Source: Rhynchopus sp. YZ270_cl-10 (taxonomy: Eukaryota). Taken from it: a DNA stretch of 64,000 nt. This document shows, piece after piece, positions 1-13,800 of this stretch (position 1 is the first letter of the stretch; each line of letters begins with the position of its first letter). The stretch is from contig OZ037833.1 of NCBI GenBank assembly GCA_964035575.1, forward strand, positions 2,294,001-2,358,000, read 5' to 3'. The position numbers were made by a program, and so were the translations under genes. Under the pieces are notes generated by a model. The model saw nothing but the letters and a program-made list of their open reading frames with translations. It was not told where the DNA came from and did not search any database.

Positions 1-957
1 GCTTCTGGAGGGCGCGGTGCTTGCGCTGGGCCAGGGTGTAGGCGGTGTTGGCCTTGAGCTTGTAGCTGCGGGGCTTCTTGGCGTTCTTCTTGCGCTCGGC
101 AGTGTTCTTGGTGGGGCACTTGGCCTTGGGGTCGGCGCGGATGGCCTTGTGCACTCCCAGGTACAGCTCCTCAAGGTCGTCAGCCGACACTCCAGCCTTG
201 ATGTACTGGCTGAAGGACTTCTGGTACTTCTCGTGGTCCTCCTCCTCCATCTCCTCCATCCACTCCTTGACGTGGTCTCCGAGGATACGGGCACGGTGGG
301 CCTCAGCGTCGAGCTCACCAGACGATGCGTCGTATCCAGAGAAACGCTTGTCGCTGTGGGGAACGTACAGTCCTCCGTCGACGGCTCCCTTCAGTGCCGC
401 GAAGACCTTGTTTCCGACGGTGGTGTTGACAAGACCGATGTCGAGCATGGCCTTGAAGGGACGGCGGTCCTCGTCCTCCTTCAGCTCGAAGGACTCACCG
501 GTCACCTCCTTGATTCCCTGTTGTGCACAATAAAATAGGGGAACACATTATAAAATATAAAATAAAGATGCGGAACACGAATATAAAAAAAACATACGGG
601 GTACTTCTTGTCCAGTCCCTTCAGGGTGAGGATACGGCGGGCAAGGAGCAGACCGGTGCAGTAGGCAGCGGAGTAGTTGGTCAGACCGGTCTTGAGGCCG
701 TACTCCTTCAGGTTGTGGGAGTAGGCAGACGCGTGGATGCGGTCTCCCTTCAGCTCGGCGGAGGCGATCTGGCACACGATGTCACGGTTGGTGATGCGGA
801 CAATCATGCGGTACTTGGGGGTCTGGTACTTGTTCTTGTCCTGGGTGAGCATGCAACGACGCTGACGGTAGTCAGTCTTTCCCTCACGCCTCCTCCTGTA
901 CTTGACCTGGTAACGCTTGAAGTAAGCATTGTTCTTCTGAACCTTGACGAAACCCAT
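1..957 (-). CDS. RPL5: 60S ribosomal protein L5 (uL18); 3' end runs off the window
   Basis: Exon 1 957-598 ([30 protein letters not shown]...[16 protein letters not shown]). GT-AG intron 597-518. Exon 2 from 517 (GIKEVTGE...FKAMLDIGL...[21 protein letters not shown]). Confidence 0.97.
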
Positions 958-2023
958 GGTGTTTGCTTTGTTATCTGGAATATGTTTGTTGGTTTCAAGA
1001 TTTACAAAATAGGCAAATGTTTGAAAATAAAACACCCAATTGTACCGTTCGGCTCTGCCACAACAGTTGCGTTTTTTCTGTCGTCATTTTTTTTGGGCGC
1101 CGTACTCTTTTTTTTTTTTTTGCATTTTTTTTTTCTTCAGTTGATGCACACTCTCTTCGTTGCGATAAGTATTCCTCTCCCCTCCCCCATCCGATTTGCT
1201 TTTGCCCAGATCTGCTTCCCTAGAACTGTCTCTCCCTTCTCTTCCCCCATGCAATTTGTATTTTGAGAGATAAGACCTTTCTCGTCAAACTCATGTGATC
1301 ATTTTTTTTCCATCGACAAAAAAAAAAAAAAAATCTCCCTCCTAGTTTCCCAGTAACAAGAATGTTGTAACAATTGTTGCAAACAACCCTTGACGATTTT
1401 TTTTTTTTATTATTGAATAACACCTTGTTTCTTCGAGTGAAGAGAGAAAAAAAAACAGAGTATAGGTGCTGAGTGGGGGTGGGATGGGGAATGAAAACGT
1501 TTTTTCGTGCCCAAACAATACACAACATGTTTTCTTTTCTTTTTTTTTTATTGTTTTGGTGAATTAGAAGCAGAAGCAAAATAGGGGGGAATGCTTCCTT
1601 CGGGGTTTCCCTTTTTTTTTTGCACCGAACATGATTGTTTACATCTCCGCACACCCCTTCACACACCTCGCCCAATTTCCCAGATAACCCCCTTCGTCCC
1701 CCTCTCCCCTCCCCGTTGTAACTTTTTTATACTTTGGCCTTTTGTTTTGCTATGTCTACAATCGCCTAAGTACCCACCTTGGTAGGTAAGTAGGGTCTGT
1801 ACTCAATGTTGTTTTCTTTTTTGCTTTTTTTTTGTTTTTGTTTTGTCTTTTTTTTTGGTTTTTGTTGGATCGACAATAGCCTACCTAGGTAGATTTTTTT
1901 TGTCGCTTTTTTTTGTCTTTTTTGTTTGTCATTTTTTTTTGTCACTCCTCTCGTATTCCTCTTCACGTCCTCCTCTCCCCTTCTCAAAAGGGAAACGAAG
2001 CGTGGGAATCAGTCTGAAACAGC

Positions 2024-3878
<1,855 letters not shown>

Positions 3879-4716
3879 TTTAGTAGATAAGATGCGTCGC
3901 CTAGGTGGTGGGGTGGTGGTTGTGTTGCTGAACAAGGGGAAACCTTGTATACGTAGTTGTAGACTGACGCTGAATAGTCATTCATGACCTCGACCCAGAC
4001 AGCATAGAATGCATCAGTATGTTAGCCGTGTTAGGCTGTGTTTTCAGGAATGCAATAAGAAAGGTAGTTCTCATAAAAATGAATCTCGACAGTATGCGGC
4101 TTATTGATAGATAGTAATCATCATTGTCATCGCAGGGGAGGTGTGGTGGGTAGTGGTAGGAGACAATACGTGAACATCAAACTACTTTGCTTTTTTTTTG
4201 CTCTGAACTAAAAAAACTCAACCTCAAATGTCCACTCATTTTAGATTACTCACTGATACTACATGTCTTTTTCGTTGATCGCAACATAGCCCAAAGGGAC
4301 CGCACAGCGGAATGACAAGAGAAATGACCTCCGCGCCGTAGGGGTAGAGGGGCTTGTTGATCAATCCAATTTTTTCGTTGATCGAAGCCATAGGTTACTT
4401 GCCCGTATGGCGCACGTGTTTGGGTGAAAGGGGGTAAATAAAAGGAAAAAGTCGTGAGTAACAAATGAGTAGTACATGCCTATCGGTTGAGTTTCTAATC
4501 ACATTTCATGTAAGGGGGGGAAAAGAAAACGCAGCGCCACCGCAGAGCGCTTCGAGTGAACGTTCACCTTCTCCCTGAGAACAAAATGAACGACAGGCTA
4601 GGAAAAAAGAAGCGTTTTTTTTCTTTTTAGGGGCAGCTGAAAAATATGAAAAAGAGCATAATCCGCATGTTTTTTGATCAACAACTAAACTGATCCTACC
4701 ACATCCCTCAACAACG

Positions 4717-6466
4717 TCACTGAGAAAGCGTTCCCACGTAGTACGCACACAACAGCACGACCAGCGCGAGCAGCCAAAACACCATCTTGCTAGACTCCTG
4801 TGCCGCACCAACACTGGCGGCGCTGCCTGTGGTGCCACTCTTAACTACCACGGACTTCCCTCCCTTCCTCTTCAACCCTTCCTCCACCGGCCGGGTGAGA
4901 TCGGTGGACCCCTTCACCGAGTGCTTGCTAGCACTGTAGATTTTGCATATCACATTTGTCCCAATATCTGCCTCTTCGGGGCTGATGATGACCTGCACGT
5001 ACGTCTTGGTGTGACCTACAAGGTTGACACCATCGTGTGCGTACTCAGTGATCCACACACGCTGCTCTGTGCCAAGAATGCCAAAGGTGTGTCCATCATA
5101 GGAGTCGAACACAGTTGTGAGGCGGCGCGACCTGTCCTTCTTGACTTGTGTAATGAGCTGCTTCATCCCTGCTGCGGGTGTGTTCACACGGGGGTAGAAC
5201 TGGCTGATGTAGAGTGCAGGGAACTCGTACTTCTGGCAGAGGCGGAGTGTCTCCTGGAAGGCCTCCTCGCTTTCGGAGGGGAAGCCGCAGATGATGTCAG
5301 TTGCTATGAGCATGCCGGGCACCTTCTTCAGCAGTGTGTCGCAGATCAGCTCGAACTCTTCGCATGTGTACTCGCGCTGCATCACCTGCAGGACGTCATT
5401 GCTGGCTGCCTGCACGGGGACGTGTAGGAAGGAATACACTCTTGGGTGGTTCAGCACGTCAGCAATGTCGTCCAAGTGCTCCAACATATACGGCGGGTTC
5501 GTCATCCCAACCCGCAGCATGACACCGTCTGGAACCAGCTCGACCACCGCACGTAGCAGCTCAACAATGGTTGTGCCGATGTCCTTCCCATATGCACCAC
5601 TGTCCTCAGAGGTAAGACGGATCTCCTTGACACCCTCCTTGATGACCTCAGTCACCCTGCTGCAGATGTCCGCAATGGGGTAGGAAAGAAGGTCGCCACG
5701 CGCCTGCTTCGTTTTGCAGTACGTGCATTGGTTGAGACAGCCTGTTGCAAACAGGAATTTTTTTTGAAAGTTTTGGTATCGTAGTACATTTAGGCACCCG
5801 AGGATGCGCTCTACTACATATTAAAAACACATTGATTTTCGTTGTTTTGCCTTTAAAGGGGAATATGATTTAAATGTAGAGGGTAAAACACAAGAAAGAC
5901 ATACCTGCATTGATCGGAATGATCTCAATGTATTTGTTGCGCCTCATCTTTGGGATGTCAAGAGCGGGGAGCCCAACGGCCTTCCCCTTTGCTTTGAAGG
6001 AGACTGTGTTGCCACGTGCAGCCTCCTTGACCACCTCTGCTACTTTGTCAATCTGCTGCACACCGATGACAGAGACGTTGTCGAAGTGAGAGTTGTTCGG
6101 GTCTCCTGCAGGCACACACCCAGACACAATAGTGGGTTTGCCGGTCTTCTGCGCCTTCTGCATTTCGTGAATGAAGTGCTCCTCAGAAGGGTTCTTCACA
6201 GTGCACGAATTGATCAGGTACACATCTGCCTTTGAGAAATCCTCTGTAATCCCGTACCCCTCCTTGCACAGCACACCCGCCATGTACTCACTGTCGGAGT
6301 TGTTGTGCGAGCATCCGTACGTCTTCAGGTACACAAGCTGCGACCCGGGGATGTCATACCCCACTGCCTGCTTACGGTTCTTCCTTGCACGCACTACTAC
6401 CCCACCTGTCCCCTCGGCCTTCTCAGCACCCGGGAGTGCTTGGATTATATCCTCTACGTCTTCCAT
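4717..6466 (-). CDS. CDKAL1: tRNA t6A37 methylthiotransferase (CDKAL1/e-MtaB), 2 exons
   Basis: Exons 6466-5905 and 5741-4717. UPF0004 motifs TYGCSHN and NSCTVKNPSE. Splicing restores the radical SAM motif CLNQCTYC. Also RVGMTNPPY, TDIICGFP, TRAM-like end and a C-terminal hydrophobic anchor. Confidence 0.95.
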
Positions 6467-6710
6467 TGTTTACGTCTCTGAAATTCAGTAAGGTGGGGGA
6501 GACGGGTAGGCGGAGGAGGGGGTGAAGGGGTTGAAAAACATGATATGCCGTGGCGCTTTCTTTTGTAGAAAAAGGTGAAGATGCTGGTCTAAACTGCATC
6601 ATTGCCAGATGCACGCAAACTGATGTGCCAATTGATCAATTCGGACGACGTTGTAAAATAGATTTCTTTTTGCACAAATGCCCGTACTTATCTGCTCCCC
6701 TTCAACCCCT

Positions 6711-8189
6711 TCAAAAGCCAAAGGAGAAGCCACCTTCGTCGCCACCCTCCATTACTGTAGCCCACGCATTCCTTTCTTGCTTTGTCGCTGCGTTTTTCTC
6801 TTCAGCTTCTGCGAGAACTTCGGGCATTTGATCCTGCAGCGCATCCTTGAACTCTTGGTAGAAAGACTGCTTGCGTTCCTCGCATACACCCGACACACAG
6901 TGCGGCTGGTCGCGGAGGAAGGAGAGGATTCTTGGGAGGCCGCTTTTGGATGCGTAGTTTTGTGTGATGCAGAGGGAAGGTGTCAAGTTCAGGCACAGGT
7001 GCCACCACCCGTGCGGGATGTACATCATCTCTCCAGGGCGGACAAGCGCCTCAAGCGGCTGCACCTTGACCTCGTCACATCTGTCGTAATAGTTGCTGAA
7101 CCACTCCACCAGCGACATCGGAGACGTCACGTCCGCACCATCCTCAGAGCACATCACGCCCGGCGGGACGACCGACGGGGGGAAGAAGACCCACTTCTTC
7201 AGCCCTCGAAGACACGCGTTCCATGCGTCGGTGGCATTGGGGTCCTTATGGAAAGAGCTGCCGCTGCGCGCCGGGCCTGCAATCAACCATCTGTAGTCCG
7301 GCCGCTTTTTTCCCAAGACCTTGAACAGGTCGTCGGTGAAGTACTCTGACACTGCGTACTGCCCCGCAATCTCAGGCACGCTTTCCACAAACTTGGAGTC
7401 GAAGAGGTAGATAGGGCGGTCGTCAAGCTGGTTGTCACAGTACTGCTTGAACTCAGGGATCGAGAGCTTTGCGGCCTCGCACTGGAACTCAGCACCCTTC
7501 CAGTGCTCACTGAGGTAGTCCCACTCCCAGTTCTTGAAGGAGTCCCACTCCGTCACAATGTCAGTCAGCACTACGGGCACTCCGGGTGCCTCGTACTTCT
7601 CGACGAAGGTGGCCTTGTCCATTGTTTTCCCCGAGACACGTTCAATGTTGTCGGTGCGCACCCACTTCTCGCTGATAGGCAACGTTGCGTCGCGGTGTGG
7701 CTGGTACAAAATATCGGAGTAGAAGTTGCTGATCTTGAGTGGTGTGTGCAGAGGGGGGGTGCCTGCGAGTCCATCGGTGCGCCACTTGGTGTTGATGTAA
7801 GTCTGCTTCCAGGAAGACTCGTAGAAGAACTTTCCGTCCTTCCGCAGGGCGAAGAGCACGAGGGGCTTCCACACGTCGTCTGCGTGGCAGAAGCAGTAGA
7901 GCGATCTGCTTGCGGCAGAGCTTTCGCAGACATCCTCTGCCATGAGGTAGGACACGATCTCGCCTACGAGGGTGTCGTTGAGAACATGCAGGCGCCCCAA
8001 GCCACGGTCGCGGCATGTGCCTCGGCCGTCCAAGTACAGGTTGCCCAGGGGAGACACCCCGTAGGGGTGTGCCCTGCAGCGCCTGTCCTCCTCAGCCACC
8101 TCCGCCGCCTCACGTGCCCGCTTCCTCCCCCTCGGCAGTGGTGGTGGTGGCATCGAATCTTCCCCCTTCGTTCCGTTCAGCCCATTCAT
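6711..8189 (-). CDS. JmjC-domain protein, JMJD6/F-box-JmjC type
   Basis: 492-aa ORF with PDYRWLIAGPARSGSSFHKDPNATDAWN, KKWVFFPP, PGEMMYIPHGWWHLCLNL (HxD...H triad) and an F-box-like N-terminal segment. Confidence 0.9.
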   Translation of the reverse strand: MNGLNGTKGEDSMPPPPLPRGRKRAREAAEVAEEDRRCRAHPYGVSPLGNLYLDGRGTCRDRGLGRLHVLNDTLVGEIVSYLMAEDVCESSAASRSLYCFCHADDVWKPLVLFALRKDGKFFYESSWKQTYINTKWRTDGLAGTPPLHTPLKISNFYSDILYQPHRDATLPISEKWVRTDNIERVSGKTMDKATFVEKYEAPGVPVVLTDIVTEWDSFKNWEWDYLSEHWKGAEFQCEAAKLSIPEFKQYCDNQLDDRPIYLFDSKFVESVPEIAGQYAVSEYFTDDLFKVLGKKRPDYRWLIAGPARSGSSFHKDPNATDAWNACLRGLKKWVFFPPSVVPPGVMCSEDGADVTSPMSLVEWFSNYYDRCDEVKVQPLEALVRPGEMMYIPHGWWHLCLNLTPSLCITQNYASKSGLPRILSFLRDQPHCVSGVCEERKQSFYQEFKDALQDQMPEVLAEAEEKNAATKQERNAWATVMEGGDEGGFSFGF

Positions 8190-8787
8190 AGCTTTTGTGT
8201 ATCGAAACCACTATGATTTCACGTTCCTGGAGGAAAGGGGTGATGCAATGGTAGGATAAAAATACCATTAAAAGGGAGGAAAAGAGGCTGCTATTATTTT
8301 TTTTGGGTAAATGTGCACATTTTGAAAAAATGTGAGTCGAGAGGACAGAAGGTAAATGGAAAGAAACTCACAAACAGAACTGTTTTATCAAACAAAAAGA
8401 AAGAAGTTGGAAGTGCAAACGCCTCATCGTTCATCGGCGGACGCAGGCACTGAAAAAATGAAAAAAGAATAATCAAAAAGCTGCCCTTCCCTTCCCTCCC
8501 ACCCCTTAACAGCTGTCCCACTGATGCGTGTTGGCAGAAGAGCGGGTGTCGGGGTGGTAGGGAAAGACAGGAACGCTTGCTCTGAATCCAAAAATTTAAC
8601 TACAAGAACGAAAATAAAAAACTCGCGGTAAGATCTCTTTACAGAGCGCTTTCCTTTTCAAAAACAAGTGAAAGAAAACTTGAATCATCGAATTGTTTTT
8701 GTCTTTATTTTATTTGAGTGCCCCCATTCCAACAGGCATGTCGGGCACGGAAGCCATCTCAATCAGATGAAATACTTTTTTTACCGG

Positions 8788-9483
8788 TCAGTTCTCCTCA
8801 TCCTCTGTATTCCGTTGTGCTGGACACCAATGTTTGCAATGTTGTTCAAACCGGTCCACTGTGATCACACCTTTGCAGTCTGGACACACACATGATGACC
8901 CATCGCGTATTGACGATGTGATGCATGAGGAGTCCGAGACGAGCGCGTCTGATAGATCCATCTTTGGCAGTCGATTGCTCAGAGGGTGTCTCTTGCTGAC
9001 CGGGGAGAGGAATGATGGGCGTTCTTCTAAGGGGGTGAGCGGTGTTGTTGGAGAAGAGTATAGCACATGCAGTTCTTGTGCAGAGCCATCCCCTGCTCGG
9101 AGGAGGGCACCGTTGATGGCACACATAACCGCAGGGTCGACTGTGATTCCTTCCTTGATGTGCAGACAGTCAGTGTCTTTTTGTGACTCTTGAAAACCGA
9201 GCATCAGCAACAGGTCTCTTCCTGCCTGGAACTTTCCTACTTTGTCCTGAAACCCTGTGGATCGCATGTCTAATTTCCGTTCCGACCCGGACCTCCCCGC
9301 ATATTCGCCTATGCTTCGTAGGAGCTTCAAAATATCAAAGACAAGACTTTTGTTCCCACACTGATCACTTAGCTGTGAGAGTGCGCGTACAGCTTCAGGT
9401 CTGCTTTGGTCTAAGGTTTTCGGAGAGGTTGGCGATTCGGGGTGGAAGATTTGCTGCGAATTCAATGGTGCTACCCCATGCAT
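8788..9483 (-). CDS. PUB-domain-like protein with a C-terminal CxxC-H-C zinc-finger-like motif
   Basis: 231-aa ORF. ILKLLRSI...ERKLDMRSTGFQDKV...GRDLLLMLGF resembles a PUB domain. Ends with CPDC...HCKHWC. Confidence 0.6.
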   Translation of the reverse strand: MHGVAPLNSQQIFHPESPTSPKTLDQSRPEAVRALSQLSDQCGNKSLVFDILKLLRSIGEYAGRSGSERKLDMRSTGFQDKVGKFQAGRDLLLMLGFQESQKDTDCLHIKEGITVDPAVMCAINGALLRAGDGSAQELHVLYSSPTTPLTPLEERPSFLSPVSKRHPLSNRLPKMDLSDALVSDSSCITSSIRDGSSCVCPDCKGVITVDRFEQHCKHWCPAQRNTEDEEN

Positions 9484-9735
9484 CCTAAGGGTGGCGAAAC
9501 CCCAAGTGTAAGAAACAAAAAGAAGAAAAGAAAAGAAGAAAAGAAAGAAAGGGAAAAGAAAAGGCTCTGTGATGAGATGTCTCGAGTGGTATTCGGGAAG
9601 GGGGGCAATGGGTGAGTCACAAAAGAGGAGTTGTCTAAAATATTTCGTGAAACAGAATGAAAGTGCATAAAGACCTTTCCCTCTGTGCTATTTATTCTTT
9701 CGGATTTTTTAATGAGGGAAAAAAGCTCTAGAGCT

Positions 9736-10293
9736 CTAATCAGAGTCATCGTCGGGCGCAAACAGCGCGTTCCCTCCACTGCCACCTTTGTGAGGTCTAC
9801 CACCCTTTTTGGGTGGTCCCTTTTTCGCGGGTTTTTTCGGTGTAGGGTCTTTCTTTGCTGACACGGCTATTTCCTTGCCCTTTGCTGCTTTTGTTTTGGT
9901 GTTTTGTGGCTTTATTATCTTTTGACGTTTTTTATCATTTTCAACTGGGTGTTCTTGGAGGGGTGTGTCCTCAGTGGGGTCGACATCGGTTGCCTCTGCC
10001 TGGAGAGGGGAGGAGATGTCGAGCTTCCCTTTCAGCTCTCCGGATGCTATTTTCTTCTGCTTTTCAAAAAGCTGTTTCGTGTTTGTAGAGAAGCCAGAGA
10101 GGAGGCTGCTGAGCTCATTTTGCAGGTCATCCTGAAGGGTCTCGTCCTCATCTGCGACAGTCGCAGTTGGCACTGCCTCTTCAATAGGTGCCTCATTTAC
10201 CTCCTTTACTGCATTTGCTTCATTTGCCTCACTCAAAACAGAGGGTCGTTTCCTCTTTACCACTCTCCTCACCACACGACGTTTGATAACCAT
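9736..10293 (-). CDS. Hypothetical Lys/Arg-rich, probably nuclear protein
   Basis: ORF from ATG 10293 (MVIKRRVVRRVVKRKRP...ALFAPDDDSD) with coding-like composition, on the same strand as its neighbours. Confidence 0.6.
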   Translation of the reverse strand: MVIKRRVVRRVVKRKRPSVLSEANEANAVKEVNEAPIEEAVPTATVADEDETLQDDLQNELSSLLSGFSTNTKQLFEKQKKIASGELKGKLDISSPLQAEATDVDPTEDTPLQEHPVENDKKRQKIIKPQNTKTKAAKGKEIAVSAKKDPTPKKPAKKGPPKKGGRPHKGGSGGNALFAPDDDSD

Positions 10294-10884
10294 GATGCGA
10301 ACACTAAAAATGAAGAAGAGTGGGAATACAGAATGGAAGGTGGGTGGGTGTGCACCAGGCGTGTATCTGTCGATGGGTGGGTGGAAATGAGGTAGAGAAA
10401 AAGGGGAGGAAATGGGGGGTCTCACACCAGAATGTGACAAGGATTTTGCTCATCCAGTCAGTTCGCACATTGTAAGCACCTCAGTGCAGCAAGTAATATC
10501 ATAAAAAAAGGGGGTGGGAAGAAGGTCTTTTTTTTGTGATAAATCAGAAGAATTTTCTTTCGTTCACAGTGCTCACGATGTCGTAATTTGGATTTTCTTT
10601 TTGAAAATGTGGGGGGGGGGGGGGGAAAGGTGTGGTTTTTTGCCACGCTCTGCAACAATCTCCACTTTTGTTCCCAATTCGTGTATCTTTTTTTTTTTTT
10701 AGAAAGCTTTTTCTTCTTCTTCCAATTTTATTTTTATATATTTAGTGTAGACATCCGAGGATGATCTCTACTACTTTTTTTTTTCTTCTTTTTTTTTTTT
10801 TTTTTGCCTTGTATTTGTCCCTCTCTGATGGTACACGAGCCCTTTTTTGCAGTTTTCTTGATGTTTTTTTTTTTCTCTTTTTTT

Positions 10885-13800
10885 CACGGTATGGTGGCGA
10901 TCGTCGGTCGATTGCGGGCGATCGCCGTCGATGAGAGAAAAAATGACGATCGTCAAAAAAAAAGAGCGATCGCTGGCGATCGCCAGCGATCGCCAGCTAT
11001 TGCCAGCTATTGCCAGCTAAGTTATGGTGTTTTGTGCCCCTCCCCTCGGACCCCCCCTCCCCATTGTGAAATACAATACAAACCAACAGGGTAGCAAAAA
11101 TAAAAACAAAAACAAACAAACAAACTTTCAAATCTCCCTCCCCATTCCATCCCTGTCACCACATCCAACCAACAGTATTAACACTTGTAATAGTAAAAAA
11201 TCAGAATGCGGTTCATCGACCTCCTGATGATATTGTTGACCATGTACTGCATCATGGGCAGCGTGGATGCGAGGGGTGATGAAGGCACAGATCTCACCGC
11301 CGGGAAGAGAAAGAAGGGGGAACAGGGCGGGAGGGCAGCGACAAAACGCACCAAGTACGACCCTCGTGCGACGAAAGATGACGAGGAAGATGAAGATGAC
11401 GAGGAAGAAGATGATGATGATGATGATGATGATGAAGAACAAGAACAAGAACAAAAACCTTCGGCACAGATGCTGGCAAAGATAGCAAGCGTCGAAAAAG
11501 TGCTAAAGAAAGAAACGCACAACCGCGACGGCTTGGTTAAGCTTGCCATTGAAGTGGGTGTCCTGAAGAAAAAGGAGAAGCCCCCTGTCATGGCTGTCCT
11601 CCTCAGGAAGTGTGCGGTGCACAGGATACAGAACCCACCCCCGTTCACCCCTAAGGACAAGCTGACAGCATCGGAGAAATCCGACACCAACAAGTCTCTT
11701 GTGGCACAGGTGGCTGGGGCGGCGAAGCAAAAGTTGTTGCCTGCTGTTCCGCTAAAAGCATGCTACACTGACCTGGACCCCAGAAGCGAGCAGGGCTTGG
11801 CCATCATGACAAAAGCGAACGCCATGAAGAACGGGTACAAACTCTCCACTCACGCTTCAAAGTTCGATGGAGAACAAGAGCTTCCGGTGTGTACGCATTG
11901 CAAATGGGCCTGGTCGCGTGATGTGAAGGTTTACGACATTACCGCTGTCCACTGGAAGAGTCAGAATCACCGCGAAAAAGTGAAGAACGCAGCAGGGAAC
12001 ACACCTTCAACATCGGAACCTGTAGCATCATCGGCGGACATCACAGAACTTGCTGTTGAACTGACTGCCATGTTGGGAATCCCTTTTCGTGCGGCATCAT
12101 TGCTACTGAAAGGACTCGCTGGTCGGACCATCCCTGCACACGGAATAGACATTCAGCGCGGGTGGCGCGAACATGGGAATGTCATCTACGGAGCACACGT
12201 TGACGAGATAAAGAAGAATTTGGGGAATCAAAAGATCAGCCTGGTGCATGACGGTGGGTCTTCCCTCCAGGGGCACACCGTCGGGGTCTTCATCGCGCAA
12301 ACGAGGGAGAGGTCCTACTGCCTCCCACTGCAGTATTCGGACACCCCATACACCGGAGAGACGCTGAAGAAGGCACTCGAAGCGTGTCTCGGGGAGGTGG
12401 GAATGACCCTTTCGGACGTGCGACTCATCAGAAGCGATAGAGGGGGGGCCTCTGGTGGAGTATCCCGAGAGCTGAGTGTATTACTGAACGTTCCGTATAT
12501 CAGCTGCACGAGCCACCTTCTACACAACGTGTGCTCCGATGTCCGGACTACGCTGAAAGCCGATTCTGATTTGGTGTACGAAATATTGCATCTAAGCAAC
12601 TTTGTGTTCCACGACGCAAAACAGCAGAAAAGATGGCGTGCGTTTCAGAAGCAGTTTCAGAAGGGCTCTGCTGTGGCTGAGTTAGAGACTTTGTACAAAA
12701 AGATGACTGCGCGCAAAAAGTCGGCATCCAAATTAGAAATGTCTCAGATGCTTCCACATTTGATTGCAATGGCGAAGGAGAAGGTGACGGAGGAGGATTG
12801 TGAGTCAGTGAGCAAAGTCACAACGTTTGAGGAGCTGCATTCGGTGGTTGGGACTATCCTGTCGCACGACGAAAACTCGAGAGAAGCGGTAGCAGAAGCC
12901 GTTCGGGCACCGCGTGTCTTCGACACGCGCTTTATCAGCTTCTTGGACGCGGCACAGCACTTGGAGCAGCGTGTGAGGCCCCTCTTCCTCTTCCTGTCGC
13001 AAGAGGTTCAGAAAAAAACCGCCTCTAAATCGATCGTGAAGCTTGCGCAGATCCTCAGAGAACGAGGGTTCGAAGAAGTGCAAGAGGCATTGTCGGAATT
13101 TGTGGAGGCCACAACCCCCATGCGCGAAGTCCTACAGCGTTATGCCAACGCACAAGCGCCAGGCTGCGGAGCCGTTCGAGTATGGAGTGACTTGGAAAAT
13201 CTGTTGGAAGACCTGAAGAAATTGTCTGAGAGGCCTGGTCGAGTAGGAAGCATTTGCAAAATCATGTGGGAAGGTCTGAACAAGCGTTGGAGGGACAAGC
13301 TCGAACCCGGATACTTCTACTATCTGGCATTGAGGCAGCTGACCCCCGCAGGATTCGAAACAGGAAACATAACCAAATCGCTGATGTCAAATGCCGACCT
13401 CCGCATGGCGTTCGGCTGGACCGAAGAGGACGTGTCGGACGAGGCATTCAGTCTGTTTTCTCTGCAAGCGGGCGACTTCATGGGGGATTCGGATATTGAC
13501 TTTTGGGAGAACATCATGAAGAAAGAAGAGGGGTGCAGCTTTCTGGCAGAGGGGGTGCTGGATGCTTTGAGCACAGCGCCATCGTGCACAAGCCCCGACA
13601 GCGCGATGTCAGTTGTGCACCATATGTTGCCTGCCGGGCGTGGGGCAGTGTCTCTGCAGACACATGGGTTCCTGTCCCTTTTGGGGATTAATCAAGACGT
13701 GGCACGTATGTAGTTGGACTGTTTTTCAAAAAATTATGAAAAAATTCTTTCAGGTAAGTGCAATTGCGAGCTGAGGCATGGGTTTCCCCATGTTGAAGAA

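Noticed and set aside
13711..13713. Genome-wide TAG reassignment
   Set aside because: folD, the WD40 gene and the kinase end at TAG where the protein is complete, and no conserved gene has internal stops.
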